Source: Alphaproteobacteria bacterium (GTDB taxonomy: Bacteria; Pseudomonadota; Alphaproteobacteria; MPNO01). Taken from it: a stretch of 64,000 bases of DNA. The position numbers and the translations under genes are program-made. Below, in pieces: positions 51,948 to 60,322 of the stretch. The stretch is from the NCBI GenBank assembly GCA_965248835.1, contig CBDFLJ010000001.1, forward strand, positions 704,001-768,000, read 5' to 3'. The notes beneath the pieces were generated by a model, which saw nothing but the letters and a program-made list of their open reading frames with translations, searched no databases and had not been told where the DNA came from. Positions within the stretch are counted from its first letter, which is position 1, and the number at the start of each line of letters is the position of its first letter.

Positions 51948-52774
51948 AACCGGCCAGGTTCGACTACGCGCGGGCGGGCGACGTCGGTGAGGCGGTGCGC
52001 CTGCTGGGCGCGACCGAGGGGTTCAACAAGCCGCTCGGCGGGGGTATGTCGCTCGGCCCGATGATGAACCTGAGGCTCGCACAGCCCGACCTCGTGGTCG
52101 AGGTCCGCGGGATCGAGGCGCTCCAACGCATCGAGGACCGTGGCGAGGCCCTGCTGGTCGGCGCCGGGACGACGCATGCGATGATCGAGGACGGCCGGAT
52201 CCCCGATGTCACCAACGGCATGATGCGCTTCGTCGCCGGCCAGATCGCCTACCGCGCGGTGCGCAACCGGGGCACGATCGGCGGCAGCATCGCTCACGCC
52301 GATCCGGCTGCGGACTGGCCGACGGCGCTGTTATGCCTGGGCGCCGATGCGGTGATCGCCGGACCGGGCGGCGAGCGATCGGTCGCGCTGGCCGATTTCC
52401 AGATCGGCGCCTTCACCGTCGCGCTGGAACCCGAGGAGATCCTCACCGGGCTGGTCGTGCCGAAACTCTCCAACCGGGCGAGATGGGGCTATTACAAGAT
52501 CTGCCGCAAGCCCGGCGAGTTCGCCGATTCGATCGGGGCGGTGGTCTTCGACCCGGCGCGCAGCTTCTGCCGGGTCGTGCTGGGCGCGACCGACGGCGCG
52601 CCGCTCCAGGTCCCCGAACTGGCCGAGCGGATCGCCGGGTCGGGCAGCGGCGAAGTCGAGATCGAGGATGCGAAGCAGGCGTTAGCCGGCCAGGGCGCCG
52701 TCTTTGACGATTACGGCACCCAGATCCACGCCGTCGCGCTCAGCCGGGCAATAAAGGGAGCGTTCGCGTCATGA
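51944..52774 (+). CDS. Mo-hydroxylase FAD-binding subunit (CoxM-like)
   Basis: MKPARFDY, GGMSLGPMMNLRLA, VRNRGTIGGSIAHADPAAD. Confidence 0.9.
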   Translation: MKPARFDYARAGDVGEAVRLLGATEGFNKPLGGGMSLGPMMNLRLAQPDLVVEVRGIEALQRIEDRGEALLVGAGTTHAMIEDGRIPDVTNGMMRFVAGQIAYRAVRNRGTIGGSIAHADPAADWPTALLCLGADAVIAGPGGERSVALADFQIGAFTVALEPEEILTGLVVPKLSNRARWGYYKICRKPGEFADSIGAVVFDPARSFCRVVLGATDGAPLQVPELAERIAGSGSGEVEIEDAKQALAGQGAVFDDYGTQIHAVALSRAIKGAFAS

Positions 52775-53241
52775 GCGAGGTCAGCCTCACCATCAACGGC
52801 CGCGCCGTCACCGCCAGCGTCGAGCCGCGCACCAGCCTGGCGGACTTCGTGCGCGAGAGCCAGCGCCTGACCGGCACCCATCTGGGCTGCGAGCACGGGG
52901 TGTGCGGGGCTTGCACGGTCCTGATCGACGGTGAGCCGATGCGCTCGTGCATCACCTTTGCGGTGAGCTGCGACGGGGTCGAGGTGACCACCATCGAGGG
53001 CTTCGACGAGGACGAGGTGATGGAGGATCTGCGCCAGGCCTTCACCGAGCACCACGGCCTGCAATGCGGCTACTGCACACCCGGCATGCTGGTGACCGCG
53101 CGCGACATCGTCACCCGACTGCCCGATGCCGACGAGAAGCGGGTCCGGCTGGAGCTGTCGGGCAATCTGTGCCGCTGCACCGGCTATGTCGGGATCGTCC
53201 GCGCCATCCTCGCGGTCCTCGACAAGCGCGCCAGGGCATAA
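52771..53241 (+). CDS. Mo-hydroxylase 2x[2Fe-2S] subunit (CoxS-like)
   Basis: GCEHGVCGAC, QCGYCTPG, NLCRCTGY. Confidence 0.95.
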   Translation: MSEVSLTINGRAVTASVEPRTSLADFVRESQRLTGTHLGCEHGVCGACTVLIDGEPMRSCITFAVSCDGVEVTTIEGFDEDEVMEDLRQAFTEHHGLQCGYCTPGMLVTARDIVTRLPDADEKRVRLELSGNLCRCTGYVGIVRAILAVLDKRARA

Positions 53242-53266
53242 GCCCGGCGCGGCGCCGGCCGACCGC

Positions 53267-54145
53267 TCAGGCGGAATAGGGCATCGCCCACGCCCGTTGC
53301 TCGTGGCCCGGCGCGTAGGCCATATTGGTTTGATCCGGGTTGCGGTTGACCAGCGGGCGGGCATAGAGCGGGTGGGTCATCGAGCGTATCTCGTGCTCGA
53401 GGGTGAACAGCACCTCGCCGCTGGTCTCATCGACGATGTCCTTGAACCGGTATTGGTGCTGGTTGTCTTCCTGGCTGATCAGCCCGCGTTCGCCGAGACG
53501 GTGATAGGGCCCCGAGAAGTCCGCGACATAGACCTGGATATGGTGGCCGTCATAGGGCGCGGCCGGCGTATCGGTCTCGCGGAACAGCAGCGACTGGGTG
53601 CCGCCGGCACCGACCCGCGCGGCCGGAGCGTCCTCGTCGTCCTCCACCGCTGCCGGTGCGCCGAAGACCGTCTCGTAGAACCGCGCGATCCCTGCAGCCG
53701 CTCCGGGCGGCACGTCGAGGCGGAGATAGGCCATGCCCAGCGTGGTGCGGTCGAACCTCTTGCCCGGGCCGTGCACCCGGAAGCGGTTGCCCCACGGACA
53801 GCTCACATCGACGTGGTCGTTGGCCGGGGTGAAGCCGAACGCCGTCTCGGCCAGCGGCTCGCGGACATCGTCCAGGCGCGTGACAAGGCCGTCGAGGTCC
53901 GGGCTGACCAGGCCGACCACGCCGCGCAGCCTCTGGGGCTCGCCCGTCGGCAGGTGAAACTGGCTGCGCCCGACATTGATCCACATGTTGGTCACCCCGG
54001 TCACCAGATAGGGATCGCGCGTGAGCCCGAGCCCGGTGACGTAGAACAGAGTCGCCAGCCGCTGGTCGGGCACGCACACATTGACATGCTCCAGCGCGAC
54101 GATGTTGCCGACATCTTCCGCCGTTCGATCGAATGTCTTCGCCAC
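53267..54145 (-). CDS. Hypothetical VOC-like (glyoxalase-fold) protein
   Basis: LEHVN...LFYVTGLG, QFHLP, RFYETVFG, GHHIQVY, LEHEIRS suggest repeated beta-alpha-beta-beta-beta units. Confidence 0.65.
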   Translation of the reverse strand: MAKTFDRTAEDVGNIVALEHVNVCVPDQRLATLFYVTGLGLTRDPYLVTGVTNMWINVGRSQFHLPTGEPQRLRGVVGLVSPDLDGLVTRLDDVREPLAETAFGFTPANDHVDVSCPWGNRFRVHGPGKRFDRTTLGMAYLRLDVPPGAAAGIARFYETVFGAPAAVEDDEDAPAARVGAGGTQSLLFRETDTPAAPYDGHHIQVYVADFSGPYHRLGERGLISQEDNQHQYRFKDIVDETSGEVLFTLEHEIRSMTHPLYARPLVNRNPDQTNMAYAPGHEQRAWAMPYSA

Positions 54146-54249
54146 GGTTCATCCCCCGGCTGAATTTGATCACGTCCCCGCGAGCCTAGCAGCGCCCGGC
54201 CGCCGGCGCATTATCCGATTAAGCGGATTCTGCCCGATTGGAACTCGCG

Positions 54250-54867
54250 CTAAGAGCCGGACTCCGCGCCGAGCTTGCCGAGAACCGCATCGACCTCCGG
54301 CCTGTCGCGGTGGTCGCGGGAGGAAAACCGGTGGCGGACGATGCCCTGGTCATCCAGCACGACGATCATCGGCGTGGCGAACCCGTACCACGGGCTGGTC
54401 GCAGGAACGCTCGGGTCGATCAGGTCGAAAGCCGAAATGATGCGCGAGCCCTTGTCCGAAAGCAGCGCGAACGCGATCCGGTCGCGTTTTGCGAACCCGG
54501 CGAGCTTGGGCATCGGATCGTAGGTGACCGCCGCCAGCCGGTAGCCCAGCTCAGTGACCTTATGGATCTGTCGGTTCCAGGCGACCGCCTGGGATTTGCA
54601 GTGGGGTCACCAATCGAAGGACCGGGAAAACATCAGGATCAGCCCGCGCTTGCCGCGCAGCGACCGGAAATCGCGGGTTGCGCCGATTTGATCCTTGGCG
54701 GCGACGGATACCGCAGCCGCCATGCCGATCTCCGGACCCTGGGTGAGCTGGTCGACGGCACCGGCCGCCAGGGCCTGCGGGCCGGCGAGCCCGCTGACCG
54801 TCAGGGCCGCCAGCGCGACCGCGACGGCGGTCGGGCGCAGCAACGTCCATGTCCGATTTGACCCCAT
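54250..54867 (-). CDS. Exported peroxiredoxin/AhpC-TSA-like selenoprotein (about 205 aa; Sec at TGA 54607-54609)
   Basis: Signal peptide, GPEIG...LILMFSRSFDW-U-PH-C-KSQ...AVTYD...FALLSD: thioredoxin-fold WCPxC with Sec; frame is open from the TGA to TAG 54250. Alternative start 54888. Confidence 0.85.
54577..54592 (-). promoter_or_regulatory. Bacterial SECIS-like hairpin
   Basis: CCAGGC-GGUC-GCCUGG; the loop starts at nt 21 after UGA, and the GGUC loop resembles E. coli fdhF SECIS. Confidence 0.75.
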
Positions 54868-54926
54868 CGATCTCTCCGCGTAGGACATGCCGCATTCACG
54901 GCCGGAGCATGCAGGACCGGTCGCGA

Positions 54927-54950
54927 TTTCACAATCAATTGATTGTGAAA
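54927..54950. repeat. Perfect 24-bp AT-rich palindrome (operator candidate)
   Basis: TTTCACAATCAATTGATTGTGAAA is its own reverse complement; it lies between divergent genes. Confidence 0.8.
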
Positions 54951-54981
54951 GGACCCGCACGGATCGAGCCGGCCGAGGGCG

Positions 54982-55707
54982 ATGACAGACGGCCCCGACA
55001 TTCTTGCTCGGCTGGACCGCTCGCTCGCGGCAACCGGCCTGCTCGTGCGCGGCGGATTTCATCCGGATCCGGCGGATCGCGTGCCCGAGCTCGCCGATGG
55101 ACGGTCGCCGCGCACCGCAGTGCTGATCGGCAATGCCGGCGGTGCGTTGTGGCGCGCCTTTGCCGCCGCGCGCGCCGAAGATCCCCGATCGTTCGACCCG
55201 CGCCACCCGCTGGACCGATGGCTTCGGCCGCGGATCGAGGCGGCCGCCGCCGCGGTCGGTGCCGAACCGGTCTTCCCCAACGACGGCCCGCCCTTCGTTC
55301 CGATCCTCGACTGGGCGCAGCGCGCCGAGCCGGTCTATCGCTCGCCGATCGGCATCATGATCCACCCCGAATTCGGGCTGTGGCATGTCTATCGCGCGGC
55401 GCTGCTGTTCGCCGGGCGGCTCGACATGCCGGCCCGCGCAGATCAACCGAGCCCGTGCGAGACCTGCGCCGGGCGGCCGTGCCTCAAGGTCTGCCCGGTC
55501 GATGCGTTCGAGCCCGACAGGTTCGCCGCCGAGCGCTGCGCCGGTCATGTCGAGTCCGCCGCGGGTACTCCGTGCCGCGAGCGCGGCTGCCTTGCGCGGC
55601 GGGCCTGTCCGGTGGCCGCGGACCTGCGCTATCCGCGGGACGCCCAGGCCTTCCACACCGCTGCCATGCTCGGTGCCGTCCGGCGCGGCTTCGGGGCCGC
55701 CCGATGA
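54982..55707 (+). CDS. 4Fe-4S protein with QueG/CblC-like region
   Basis: SPIGIMIHPEFGLWHVYRAA; CETC...CLKVCP; C...GCLARRACP. Confidence 0.75.
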   Translation: MTDGPDILARLDRSLAATGLLVRGGFHPDPADRVPELADGRSPRTAVLIGNAGGALWRAFAAARAEDPRSFDPRHPLDRWLRPRIEAAAAAVGAEPVFPNDGPPFVPILDWAQRAEPVYRSPIGIMIHPEFGLWHVYRAALLFAGRLDMPARADQPSPCETCAGRPCLKVCPVDAFEPDRFAAERCAGHVESAAGTPCRERGCLARRACPVAADLRYPRDAQAFHTAAMLGAVRRGFGAAR

Positions 55708-56726
55708 CCGGCCGGAATTTCCACAGCGACAACGTCGCCCCGGTGCATCCCGACGTGATGAGCGCGATCGCTTCGGCGAATGACGGCCCGGCGATGTCCT
55801 ACGGCGCCGATGCGATCTCGGCCCGGCTCGATGCCCTCCTGGGCGATGTCTTCGGTGCCGAGGTCCGGGTCGTTCCGGCGGCCAGCGGCACCGCGGCAAA
55901 TGCCTTGGCGCTTGCCGGGCTCGCCCGGCTCGGCACCCGGATCCTGTGCCACGAGTTGGCCCACATCCGGGTCGCCGAGGAAGGCGCGCCGGAATTCTAC
56001 GTCCCCGGGGCGGCGTGCGATCCGTTGCCCGGAGCGCACGCGATGATCGAGCCGGCAGCGCTGGCCCGCGCGCTGGACGCGCGAGGCGGGATCCTGAGCA
56101 TCACCCAGGCAACCGAGCAGGGGACCGTCTACCCGCCCGAGGCGGTCGCCGCGCTCACCGGCCCGGCGCGGGCGGCGGGCCTGGGCGTGCACATGGACGG
56201 GGCGCGGTTCGCCAACGCGGTCGCGAGCCTCGACTGCACGCCGGCGGCGATCACCGCCGCGGCCGGCATCGATGTGCTCGCCCTGGGGACGTCGAAGAAC
56301 GGCACGCTGAATGCCGAGGCAGTGGTCTTCTTCGACACGGCACTTGCCGAAGATCTTGGCCCGATGCGCAAGCGCTCCGGTCACTTCTATTCGAAGATGC
56401 GCTATCTCGGCGCCCAACTCGAGGCCTGGTTCGCGGGCGGGCTCTGGCTGCGCTTGGCGCGCCACGCCAATGCGATGGCACGCCGCCTGGCCGATGGGCT
56501 GAGTGCAGTGCCCGGCATCGCGCTCCTCGCCCCGGTCCATGCGAACCTGGTCTTCGTCGACATGCCCGTGCCGCTGATTTCCGCGCTGCAGGGCGAAGGC
56601 TATGTGCTCGAGGCAAGGGGCGGTGCCACGCGGGTCCGGCTGGTCCCCAGCCATGCGACGACCGAAGCCGACGTGGATTCGCTGATCGCCGCCGCGCGGC
56701 GGCTGGCCGATCCTCAATCCCGCTGA
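55704..56726 (+). CDS. ltaE: Low-specificity L-threonine aldolase
   Basis: NFHSDN, GTAANALAL, TQATEQGTVY, HMDGARFANA, GTSKNG (PLP Lys), SKMRY. Confidence 0.85.
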   Translation: MTGRNFHSDNVAPVHPDVMSAIASANDGPAMSYGADAISARLDALLGDVFGAEVRVVPAASGTAANALALAGLARLGTRILCHELAHIRVAEEGAPEFYVPGAACDPLPGAHAMIEPAALARALDARGGILSITQATEQGTVYPPEAVAALTGPARAAGLGVHMDGARFANAVASLDCTPAAITAAAGIDVLALGTSKNGTLNAEAVVFFDTALAEDLGPMRKRSGHFYSKMRYLGAQLEAWFAGGLWLRLARHANAMARRLADGLSAVPGIALLAPVHANLVFVDMPVPLISALQGEGYVLEARGGATRVRLVPSHATTEADVDSLIAAARRLADPQSR

Positions 56727-57703
56727 TCGTCGGCGATCCGCGCGCGTCTGCGGGTCATACGCAAGGCGAGGCGCGCCGCGGTGCCCGGCCGGCTCCATGG
56801 GCAGACCGCGATACAGATGCCGCAGCCTTGGGTGTCGTTGAAATAGGGGATGCACTTGTCGAAATCGACGTACCAGCGTTCGACCCCGCGGACCCACTGA
56901 CGCTCGCGGTGGATCGCATCGGGCGGGCACGCGGCGGTGCACACCTGGCAACTCACGCAGAAATCGTCGGCGCCGAAGACATCCGGCCGGTCGGCAACCA
57001 GCGGCAGATCGGTCAGCACGCCGGCCAGCCGGAACGAGGAACCGTATTCGCGGTTGATCATCGAGCCGTGCTTGCCGAGCTCGCCCAGCCCGGCCTCGAT
57101 CGCCGCCGGGATCAGGGTGACCGGGCCGGCGGTCGGCCCGCCGTGCGGGCGCGCGTCATAGCCCAGCCCCTGGATGAGGTTCGCCACCGCGCGCGCGGCG
57201 CGGGTGCCGCGGTTGTACTGCGCCATCACCTCGACCGCGGCCTCGATCTCGGGCGCCTTGGCAAGCGCCGCATGGTCCATCGCGACGCCGATCACGACGA
57301 TCCAGGGCTCCGGCGCGTCGTAGCCTTCGAAGATCCACTCCGGGTTCATCGCCGCGATCCCGACGAGGTCCGCCTCGTTGGCCAGCGCGTGCGCTTTGAC
57401 CTGCGCGGTCCATTCCTCGGGCGTGCCGGTGGATCGGGCGGTGGGCTTGGGCGGCGCCTGCTTCGCGCCGCGCCCACCGTATTTCAGGTGGAAGTCCTTG
57501 AGCGCCGGATAGGCCTCGAACTGCTCCATGTAGTAGTCTTGCAGCGCCCTGTGCGGGATGTCGGTGCCGTAGTGCCAGAAGACCGGGCGCGGCCGCCGGC
57601 GGGCGCGCTCGCCCTGGCCGTTGATCGTGTTGCCGGAGATCGGCGGGAACAGCCTGAGCTGGACCTCCGGCGGCTGGTAGGTCGGCTTGGCCCGTCTGGC
57701 CAT
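56714..57703 (-). CDS. Reductive dehalogenase/QueG-like cobalamin-2x[4Fe-4S] protein
   Basis: ADLVGI, AGLGELGKHG..I...YG..FRLAGVLTDLPL, FCVSCQVCTAACP, KC...GCGICIAVCPW; no Tat signal seen. Confidence 0.8.
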   Translation of the reverse strand: MARRAKPTYQPPEVQLRLFPPISGNTINGQGERARRRPRPVFWHYGTDIPHRALQDYYMEQFEAYPALKDFHLKYGGRGAKQAPPKPTARSTGTPEEWTAQVKAHALANEADLVGIAAMNPEWIFEGYDAPEPWIVVIGVAMDHAALAKAPEIEAAVEVMAQYNRGTRAARAVANLIQGLGYDARPHGGPTAGPVTLIPAAIEAGLGELGKHGSMINREYGSSFRLAGVLTDLPLVADRPDVFGADDFCVSCQVCTAACPPDAIHRERQWVRGVERWYVDFDKCIPYFNDTQGCGICIAVCPWSRPGTAARLALRMTRRRARIADDQRD

Positions 57704-57731
57704 CCTGGACGCTCCCTGGCTGGTCGCCGGC

Positions 57732-58472
57732 TCAGACTACCCCTTTCCGGATCAGGTTCGCACCGACGATGATCAAAAAGACGAACACGCCTTTCGAGAA
57801 GACCTCCTGGGAGAGATGCAGCCGGATCTTCTGCCCGAACCACATCCCGGCCAGGGCCGGGATCAGCGCCGCCGCACCGATCGCTGCGGTTCGCGGGTTC
57901 AGCGCCCCTTGGTCGATCAACGCGCCGGCCCAGAAGAACGAGGTGAGGAAGAACGACAGGCTGATCGCCTGGAGGAAGGTTTCGCGGGCGAGCGCGAGCG
58001 CCTGGAAGTAGATTGCGACCGGCACCCCGATCGAGCCGGTCAGCCCGGTCAGCACGCCGGACAAGAACCCAACGACCGGCGACAGCAGCCCTTCGCGCCC
58101 CGCCGGCAGCCGAATGTGGATGGCGAAGATGTTGATCAGCGAATAGAGGATCACCACCACGCCGAGCCCGGCGGCGACAAGGCCCTGGTCGATGACGAAC
58201 AGCAGAACCGTGCCGCCCCACACCCCGGCAGCAAGCATGAGGTTCAGCGACCAGAACCGCCGGAACAAGGCGCCCGGCGCGCCGCCTTGCAGCACCTGCC
58301 ACAGGTTGCTCACCATCACCGGGACGATGATCAGCGGCATCGCCTCGCGGATGCCGATCACCGTCGTCAGCACCGAGATCGCCGTCAGCGGCAAGCCAAG
58401 CCCGATCACCCCCTTGACGCAGCCGGCGAACAGGAAAGCGGCCGTCGCGGTGGCGATCAGGATCGGCTCCAT
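57732..58472 (-). CDS. Sulfite exporter TauE/SafE family protein
   Basis: AGCVKGVIGLG, SGVLTGLTG; about 8 TM helices. Confidence 0.85.
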   Translation of the reverse strand: MEPILIATATAAFLFAGCVKGVIGLGLPLTAISVLTTVIGIREAMPLIIVPVMVSNLWQVLQGGAPGALFRRFWSLNLMLAAGVWGGTVLLFVIDQGLVAAGLGVVVILYSLINIFAIHIRLPAGREGLLSPVVGFLSGVLTGLTGSIGVPVAIYFQALALARETFLQAISLSFFLTSFFWAGALIDQGALNPRTAAIGAAALIPALAGMWFGQKIRLHLSQEVFSKGVFVFLIIVGANLIRKGVV

Positions 58473-58522
58473 ATCCCTCTGCCCGATTTGCCCGGCGGCC
58501 GCGGTCTGGATAAGGTCGGCGC

Positions 58523-59332
58523 ATGGCACCCAGCCCACAACTCCATCGTCTGATCGAGACCGCCGCCCCGCTGTTTGCCGGCGAGGCGGAGGTGGTGCGC
58601 ACCTACTGGGATTCCCCGGTGCGCACCATCGAGACCGATCTCCGCTGGCTCGAACTCCAGGTCTTCAAGGAGTTCAAGGGCTCGGGCGTCGGCGATTTCG
58701 ACAACCGCGGCGTGATCGTCGGGCCGCTGACCGAGACGCTGGAGCTGTTGCCTCGGATGGATGTCGAGGCGGGCGTGACGCGGCACCGCGTCCGCGACCT
58801 TCTCGAAGGGCTCTACGAGGAGTTCACCCACCTGGTCGCGTTTGCCGACGCCTACGACGCGATCCGGCCTGCAGGCACGCCGCCGCTCGACCCCCATCGC
58901 TGCACCGGCTGGCCGGAGGACGACGATCTCACCCGGTTGCGCTACCGGACGCTGGAGCAAAACGGCGAGATCGGCCGGCGCGCGAGCAAGTTTTCCGAGG
59001 GTGGGTACTGCACGCTGTTCCGCGAGGGCATGGCGATCGCCGGCCGCGGCGGGCGCGATGCGCTGATCGCCGACGCCTGTGCCCGGGTCTACGAGGACGA
59101 GTTCGAGCACATGCTCGAAGGGATCGTCGGCCTCGACGACGCGGCGATGGCGGACGACGACTGGACGCGCATGGAGGCGCTGGTCGTGGCCCTCCTCAAG
59201 GCGCGGGTGCGGATGCGCAACGGCCAGTTCTCGACCCCGCTCAGCCCCGAGCGCATGGCCGAGATCGATGCCGGCCGGATCGAGCCGGTCGCGTTCGACT
59301 ATGCCAAGGCCGAGGCGCTGTTCAGCCACTGA
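58523..59332 (+). CDS. Ferritin-like di-iron carboxylate hypothetical protein
   Basis: Helical protein with KE...EEFTH...SEGG...EDEFEH, the E/ExxH/E/ExxH ligand pattern. Confidence 0.6.
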   Translation: MAPSPQLHRLIETAAPLFAGEAEVVRTYWDSPVRTIETDLRWLELQVFKEFKGSGVGDFDNRGVIVGPLTETLELLPRMDVEAGVTRHRVRDLLEGLYEEFTHLVAFADAYDAIRPAGTPPLDPHRCTGWPEDDDLTRLRYRTLEQNGEIGRRASKFSEGGYCTLFREGMAIAGRGGRDALIADACARVYEDEFEHMLEGIVGLDDAAMADDDWTRMEALVVALLKARVRMRNGQFSTPLSPERMAEIDAGRIEPVAFDYAKAEALFSH

Positions 59333-60266
59333 GCCCGTCGCCTATCTCGGCATTCTCCGAGACCAGCTCGTGGCCCGCGGCCTCGGCCGCGTGCTGCAGG
59401 ATGATCGAGAAATCGCACGCGGTATGGCCGTGGCCGACGACCGCCGAGACGATCTCGCGGGTGACCGCAGTCACCGGCATCGGCACGTCGAGCGCCTTGC
59501 CGAGCGCGAGGCCGAGGTCGAGGTCCTTGCGCAACAGCGGCGGGGTGAAGGTCGTGGTGTAGTCGAGGTTGACGAAGGACGGCGTCTTGTAGCGGGTAAA
59601 GGTCGAGCCCATCACCGAGGCGTTCATGAATTCCAGGAACGCCTGGCGCGAGACGCCGGCACGCTCGGCAAGAACGGTGATCTCGGCCATGCACTGGGTC
59701 ACTACGCCCAGCATCACATTGTGGCAGATCTTGCAGGTCCGGGCCAGATCGCCCTCGCCGACATAGGTCACGCCGCCAGGCGCGACGGCATCCAGCATCG
59801 GCCGCACCTCGTCGAAGACCGCTCGCGGGCCGGAGGCGACGATGGTCAGACGCCCGGCCTTGACCACCTTGCCGTTGCCGCTGACCGGCGCGGCCAGGAA
59901 CGCCGCCCCGCGCGCGGCAAGCGCACGGCGCACGTCGTCCGAGGCCGACTCGTCGACCGAGGAGCAGTCGACGACGATGCGCGGCGTCGCTCCAGCGTTC
60001 GACAGCAGCCCTTCCGGATCCATGATCACGCTGCGCAGGTCGTCGGGACCTGCGACCATGGTGAACACGACCGCGCGGTCGGCGAGCGCCGCGGGCGTAT
60101 CGACGATCTTGCCGCCGGATTCGGCCAGCGGCTCGGCCTTGGCGCGCGTGCGGTTGTAGATCCTCACGTCGTGTCCGGCCTTCAGCAGAAGCGCTGCCAT
60201 CGGAAACCCCATCCGCCCGGCTCCGATCCAGCCGATGGTCGCGGACTCGTTGGCGTTTCTGGTCAT
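59322..60266 (-). CDS. 3-hydroxyisobutyrate dehydrogenase-family oxidoreductase
   Basis: IGWIGAGRMG, YNRT, AAPVSG, KICHN, LRKDLDL. Confidence 0.9.
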   Translation of the reverse strand: MTRNANESATIGWIGAGRMGFPMAALLLKAGHDVRIYNRTRAKAEPLAESGGKIVDTPAALADRAVVFTMVAGPDDLRSVIMDPEGLLSNAGATPRIVVDCSSVDESASDDVRRALAARGAAFLAAPVSGNGKVVKAGRLTIVASGPRAVFDEVRPMLDAVAPGGVTYVGEGDLARTCKICHNVMLGVVTQCMAEITVLAERAGVSRQAFLEFMNASVMGSTFTRYKTPSFVNLDYTTTFTPPLLRKDLDLGLALGKALDVPMPVTAVTREIVSAVVGHGHTACDFSIILQHAAEAAGHELVSENAEIGDGLSG

Positions 60267-60322
60267 CTGGGCGGGTCTCCTCGTCGTCGCGGTGATCGGA
60301 CAGGGTGCACGGCCGGGCACGC

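Noticed and set aside
49608-53241. Aerobic CO dehydrogenase (coxLMS)
   Set aside because: The active-site loop is PYRGVAR, not AYxCSFR (form I) or AYxGAGR (form II); no cox accessory genes.
42915-54609. In-frame TGAs read as pseudogene lesions or as a reassigned genetic code (UGA=Trp/Gly)
   Set aside because: Many genes here end normally in TGA. Both internal TGAs sit at catalytic Cys positions with downstream hairpins, which favours Sec.
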